From Terriglobia bacterium (GTDB lineage Bacteria; Acidobacteriota; Terriglobia; Bryobacterales; Bryobacteraceae): DNA of 32,000 bases. Location of the stretch: assembly GCA_963699945.1 (NCBI GenBank), contig CAVOVW010000011.1, forward strand, positions 177,642 to 209,641. The letters run 5' to 3'. Under the pieces are notes generated by a model. That model saw nothing but the letters and a program-made list of their open reading frames with translations. It was not told where the DNA came from and ran no database searches. Below are positions 28,220 to 32,000 of the stretch, piece by piece. Each line of letters starts with the position of its first letter. Within the stretch, counting starts at the first letter, position 1. A program made the position numbers and the translations under genes.

Positions 28220-28999
28220 GTGATCGCAATTCACAAGGGTCCTCCTCCATCTGGCCTTATTTCTGCCGGCGAGGAACATGCCAAACAGTTATGCGAGGCC
28301 TACGATGCAAATCCGGAGCGATATCAGACCAGATCGCATAGTTTGGAAATTCGCAGATCAATCTACGCAGCGGATGCAGTCAAGCAAGCGCTCGAGGCCT
28401 GCCATCACGGTAAGTGCTGCTATTGCGAGACCGTGATTCCAAAGCCCTACGCTCATTCTCATGTGGAACATTGGCGACCCAAATCGAGTTCTCGCCAGGG
28501 GGTGGGGGAAGAACCAATTTGGCCGGGATACTATTGGTTGGCCTATAGCTGGGATAACCTTTTGCTCAGCTGTTTTTTTTGCAACTCGAGTAACAAAAGC
28601 GACGTGTTTCCGATCGAGGATCCAGCGACACGCGCGAGACATCATCGCATGCGTATCGAGAACGAAATCCCGGCGATCCTGAAGCCAGATGGGAACGTGA
28701 ACCCTGCCGACCATATTACATTCCACATGGAAGTGCCAGAAGGTCTCACTGATCTTGGGCGCAAAACGATCGAGGTTCTGGGTCTTGACAGCCCGGCGCA
28801 CGAGTTGCGCCTGAGACGTTTGGAAGAGCTTCGCCAAGCCCGACAAATGTCCATTGATCTGATGCATAACTCGGATTCTGGCTCCCAAAAATGGACAGTC
28901 CTCTGGCGGACTTTTGTGGAAGTAGCGACACGGCCCGATATGCCCTATAGCGCGATGGCGGCGGCGTTCCTCGCCGCCAATCCCTTGCCTGAATTCTGA
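28220..28999 (+). CDS. ptuB: PtuB-like HNH endonuclease (TIGR02646-type)
   Basis: 259 aa, intact. HGKCCYCE...HVEHWRPKS...YWLAYSWDNLLLSCFFCNSSNKSDVFP (CxxC/H/N/CN..K HNH core). GTG start 4 nt after the ptuA stop, with AGGACG upstream. Confidence 0.8.
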   Translation: MIAIHKGPPPSGLISAGEEHAKQLCEAYDANPERYQTRSHSLEIRRSIYAADAVKQALEACHHGKCCYCETVIPKPYAHSHVEHWRPKSSSRQGVGEEPIWPGYYWLAYSWDNLLLSCFFCNSSNKSDVFPIEDPATRARHHRMRIENEIPAILKPDGNVNPADHITFHMEVPEGLTDLGRKTIEVLGLDSPAHELRLRRLEELRQARQMSIDLMHNSDSGSQKWTVLWRTFVEVATRPDMPYSAMAAAFLAANPLPEF

Positions 29000-29085
29000 A
29001 GGAAAGGCCGTGCCAGGCGCATCGGCTCCGAATAATGGCGCCTGCCCGGCGAAAATAAGACCGGCCGAATTGGTAGAATGCATCC

Positions 29086-29205
29086 ATGACTAAGGAACAA
29101 AAAATCCTCTTGGTTGGATTGGCACTCGTGGTGCTGATGCAACCCGATTGTCGGAAGGCTTGCCAAGGGATCGTGGGCAACATTCTCGGATCCTTTCTAG
29201 GCTAA
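29086..29205 (+). CDS. Possible leaderless 39-codon hydrophobic ORF (MTKEQKILLVGLALVVLMQPDCRKACQGIVGNILGSFLG)
   Basis: Extended -10 TGgTAGAAT at 29071-29079 would place the TSS at or near the A of the ATG (29086). One predicted TM helix. Followed by the hairpin at 29239-29259. Too short for the ORF track; no homology evidence. Confidence 0.3.
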   Translation: MTKEQKILLVGLALVVLMQPDCRKACQGIVGNILGSFLG

Positions 29206-29238
29206 GCGGTCTCGGTAAAGCTGGTTGGCCCGATTCGC

Positions 29239-29269
29239 GATCGAGCCGCTGGCTCGATCTTTCAAAATT
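29239..29269 (+). terminator. Putative intrinsic terminator
   Basis: Perfect 9-bp stem GATCGAGCC-gct-GGCTCGATC (29239-29259) followed by TTTCAAAATT. Confidence 0.4.
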
Positions 29270-29572
29270 GATTGGAGGAGTGTCTCCGAATGCAAACCGA
29301 TCCTAACCGCTTGAAAGTGCGAGTGTTTCTCCTTAGAAATTGGCCTGTATGACCCCCGGCGGGTCGCGTCAACCAGGTCGAATCCGGCGGTGGGTCCATC
29401 GCGTGGTTACTTCATCGCCTTCACCGAAATAGTGAAATCGCGAAGGGCTAATTCACAGCACTCGGCCGCTCTCGGCTCGTCGTCAAATGCTACCTGCCGC
29501 AGAGCGGCGGTAGAGCTCTAAAATAGCTGGCGTGGATATCAATCAATTCGAACCCGGCGACAAGTTACATCA

Positions 29573-30785
29573 TTATTGGAGATTTCTCGCCGAGTGACCT
29601 TCCGCTCCCCGCCGCTGAAATTCGTCCCATCGCAGCGCTGCCTCATCGTCCTGGCCTTTGATCGCGTGGGCGTACACGTCCGCTGTTGTCCGCACAGATG
29701 AGTGCCCCAAACGTTCGGACACTACCGGCAGCGGCACGCCGTGCGCTAGCAAGTGCGATCCGTGGCTATGACGCATGGAGTGGAGACTCGCGCCTTTGGG
29801 AAGATCGAGGCGGCGAAACAGCAACGAAACTGCTGATGACACCGAATTCGGGCGCAGCGGTGCGCCGTCCGGGTTGGTGAAGATCAAATCCAGATCAGCC
29901 CGATAGGTAGATCCGAATTCACAGCGAAACTTATTTTGCTGTGCGCGATGGACCTGGAGAGCCGCCAGCGCTGACGCCGGAATTTTGAGATCCCGCGGCC
30001 TCTCTGTTTTCGTATCCTTAAATTCCAACACTTGCCTCGTTTGCGTGATCGATCGCGAAATAACGGCACGGCCATCCTGAATGTCCGACCACCGCAGCGC
30101 GAGCAGTTCACCACGCCGTGCGCCCGTGGCCGCGGCGACTTCGAGAAATGTCGCCATGCACCACGGACCAGTTGCCGACTCGAAAACCAAAACCTGTTGC
30201 GCCGGAGTGAGCGCGATGCCTCGATGCTTCTTCGGAACGGGCGGCTCGCTATATGTCACCGGGTTGTCACCAACTAGACCCCATCGCTTAGCACGCCCGA
30301 ATGCGGACGATGTGAGACCGGCGATGTGCCGGACCGTTTTCCGGCTGAGGGGCCGGGCTTCCTTGGTCTTGCGAGTGTGGCCACCAGATTTCAGAAGCCG
30401 GTTCCATTCGCGGCTCAAATGGAGCGGCGTGATTTCTCCGAGCGGCATGGCCAGCAATTCCGGGGCGAGGTAGGCCGCCAGTTCCCGGTAACGCTCGACG
30501 GTTTCGGCGCAGCTTCTCTTCGGCGTGCTGGCGAAAGAATTCCTGGAATAGCATCGCTAGTGTGGTGGGCAGCGCCGCCGCGATCGTACTACCGCCGCGC
30601 TTGGCGAGTTCGAACTTTTGCAGTTCCTCTGCGCGGCGCTTCGCCTCGGCGTCGATCGCTTCCTGCTTGCTGGCGAACCCGACTTCACCGACCAGTCGGC
30701 GATTTTCACGGGTCGCGCCCGGCCCACTAAATAGGTAGCGCCAAACCGTCTTACCCGATTCGTATTTTCGTTTGAAAACCGGCAT
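29573..30785 (-). pseudogene. int: Tyrosine recombinase/phage-type integrase, frameshifted near 30495-30510
   Basis: The N-terminal arm-binding part MPVFKRKYESGKTVWRYLFSG..VGFASKQEAIDAEAKRRAEE..FQEFFRQHAEEKL is in one frame. ..TVERYRELAAYLAPELLAMPLGEITPLHL.. and the catalytic domain (ATGARRGELLALRWSDI; LHSMRHSHGSHLL; LGHSSVRTTADVYAH) are in another. Confidence 0.9.
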
Positions 30786-30789
30786 TCAG

Positions 30790-31044
30790 TCACACAACTA
30801 GCTCTGGTGGCCGGCGAAGTCCAGTCGGGGCCTGCGCGCCGCAGGTGCGCTCCCATTCCAGATAGGCGTGGCGAGTGACGATCCAACGCCGTCCCAGGCG
30901 GAGGCCGGGGATAATTCCCTGCTCCAACATCGCGTAGACCGTCAGACGACCGATATTCAGTCGCCTGGCGATCTCAGGCGCCGAGATTCGGCTGCTGGGC
31001 GACTCGGCCAATTCTTCGGCGATTGCCTGAGGTTTGTCGGTCAT
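30790..31044 (-). CDS. Excisionase/AlpA-like helix-turn-helix DNA-binding protein
   Basis: 84 aa. ISAPEIARRLNIGRLTVYAMLEQGIIPGLRLGRRWIV is a typical HTH_17/excisionase pattern. Ends 4 nt before the integrase ATG. Confidence 0.7.
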   Translation of the reverse strand: MTDKPQAIAEELAESPSSRISAPEIARRLNIGRLTVYAMLEQGIIPGLRLGRRWIVTRHAYLEWERTCGAQAPTGLRRPPELVV

Positions 31045-31551
31045 GACGCGAGTTCCTCCCGCTCGTCTTGGTCTTGAGCCGGATCGCCGGTCCCTGCTGC
31101 GATCTGCGGTGTCGCTGCAGGCAACTCGAGGAGGGGGGTGGGTTTCGACCGTCCCGCGTCCAGTGAAGGCGTCGGCGATCTCAACGACAATTGCAGAAGT
31201 GCTTCGATCTTCGCCAAGCGATGTTCGAAGTCTTTTGTAATTTCAGCTTTGTCAGGACGATCTCCGCAGCCTTCAACCGGCTGATGGTGGGGCGTTCGGA
31301 TCGATCATGACTTTCAATATCGTATTGGCTGCGGCCCCTGACCCCTCACGTAGTCGCTCGATAGCTTCGGAATACATCAGCTTTTTAGCTCCTTCCAAAC
31401 CTTCTAAGAATTCCTTTTCCTTCATCCACCGAGAGAGCGTATTGGCAGTGACTCCGATAGCGCACGCCGCTTCTTCTATGCTTTTGTGCGACAGCAGCGC
31501 GGCGATCGCCTCGTCCTTCATCCGATCGAATTTCGATCCGTGCCCGGTCAT
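31041..31551 (-). pseudogene. Phage-type HTH protein (terminase-small-subunit-like?), two frameshifts near 31275 and 31235
   Basis: MTGHGSKFDRMKDEAIAALLSHKSIEEAACAIGVTANTLSRWMKEKEF..DPNAPPS continues in a second frame as SRLKAAEIVLTKL. It continues in a third frame as EITKDFEHRLAKIEALLQ...EELAS*. The stop overlaps the next ATG (ATGA). Functional assignment is weak. Confidence 0.5.
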
Positions 31552-32000
31552 TTCGTACCCGCCTTCAACAACCGGGGGCCGCGAGAGCCACTCTTCCGCT
31601 CTTCCTCGATCTCCTCAAATGTTCGTCCGTCACCGTCAAGCATTGCTTTCTGTCCCGTGTACCGTTGCCAGCGATGGACGGCCATGTCGACATATATAGG
31701 ATCAAGCTCGATCCCGTAGCAGACTCGCCTGCAACTCTCGGCCGCGATTAGGGTGCTCCCGCTACCGAGGAACGGGTCGTAACAAGCCTCGCCTTTACGC
31801 GTGTGATTCTGAATTGGGCGACGCATGAGCTCGACCGGCTTTTGAGTACCGTGCCCGGTGACTTCGTTTTCCGTAGTCTCCTTGCCACCAAACGGGTTCA
31901 AGTTCGCAACCTCCCACACGGTGTCCTGCTTGCGGCCGCCGTGCCAATGGCCGGTCTTGCCCTCCCGGACCGCGTACCAAGCGGGCTCGTGCCGCCAGTG
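31548..32000 (-). CDS. DNA methyltransferase (N6-A/N4-C, beta-class order), C-terminal part; 5' end beyond the window
   Basis: The frame stays open to base 32000 (..HEPAWYAVREGKTGHWHGGRKQDTVWEV..). GTQKPVELMRRPIQNHTRKGEACYDPFLGSGSTLIAAE carries the SAM-binding FxGxG motif near the C-terminus. The stop overlaps the next gene's ATG. Confidence 0.85.
   Translation of the reverse strand, partial: HWRHEPAWYAVREGKTGHWHGGRKQDTVWEVANLNPFGGKETTENEVTGHGTQKPVELMRRPIQNHTRKGEACYDPFLGSGSTLIAAESCRRVCYGIELDPIYVDMAVHRWQRYTGQKAMLDGDGRTFEEIEEERKSGSRGPRLLKAGTK

Noticed and set aside
29351-29398. GC-rich motifs GACCCCCGGCGGGTC and TCGAATCCGGCGGTGGGTCCA, resembling tRNA/tmRNA-like 3' ends or integrase arm sites.
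   Set aside because: I could not fold them into a consistent T-arm/acceptor structure, and no second copy occurs elsewhere in the window.
29545-29565. TTCGAACCCGGCGACAAGTT next to the integrase 3' end looks like a tRNA T-loop, T-stem and acceptor 3' fragment (a possible att remnant).
   Set aside because: No complementary 5' T-stem precedes it and it lacks CCA. It matches the tRNA-Glu 3' end at only about half of aligned positions, which is not distinguishable from chance.
1-32000. CRISPR arrays, rRNA genes, IS elements or transposase genes, retron RT/msr-msd, and toxin-antitoxin pairs.
   Set aside because: None could be supported. There are no spaced direct repeats, no rRNA-like conserved stretches, no DDE/transposase or reverse-transcriptase motifs, and no terminal inverted repeats flanking any ORF.

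Overview
High-GC bacterial chromosome. Gene content (CarboxypepD_reg-type TonB-dependent receptor, exosortase/EpsI) suggests Acidobacteriota, but that is only an inference. All calls rest on motif reading; no searches were run.

The window splits at a tRNA-Glu(CUC) gene (20028-20102).

**Left of the tRNA (core genome):**
- A translationally coupled GT1 / nucleotidyltransferase-like / TonB-receptor operon.
- An M28 peptidase.
- A CmcI-like methyltransferase with exosortase and EpsI.
- The conserved ispE-prs-rplY-pth-rpsF-rpsR-rplI block.
- A SEC-C/His-rich protein and an APC permease.

**Right of the tRNA (lower-GC accessory island):**
- SIR2-HerA.
- A four-gene RiPP-like operon: a 64-aa precursor ending YDR-A-HNR-HNR, an FxsB-like radical SAM/SPASM enzyme, a 2OG-Fe(II) oxygenase and an HExxH protein.
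- A Septu-like PtuA/PtuB pair.
- A possible leaderless 39-codon hydrophobic ORF.
- A minus-strand methylase / HTH / excisionase / tyrosine-integrase module that runs off the window.

The RiPP operon, wedged between two known antiphage systems, is the best candidate for an undescribed system.

A second notable feature is uneven single-base frameshifting. It is dense in ispE-prs-rplY-pth-rpsF (12.8-15.6 kb) and herA. It occurs at one or two sites in the rSAM gene, the integrase and the HTH gene. It is absent from several long ORFs. This looks like sequence error, but needs the reads to confirm.
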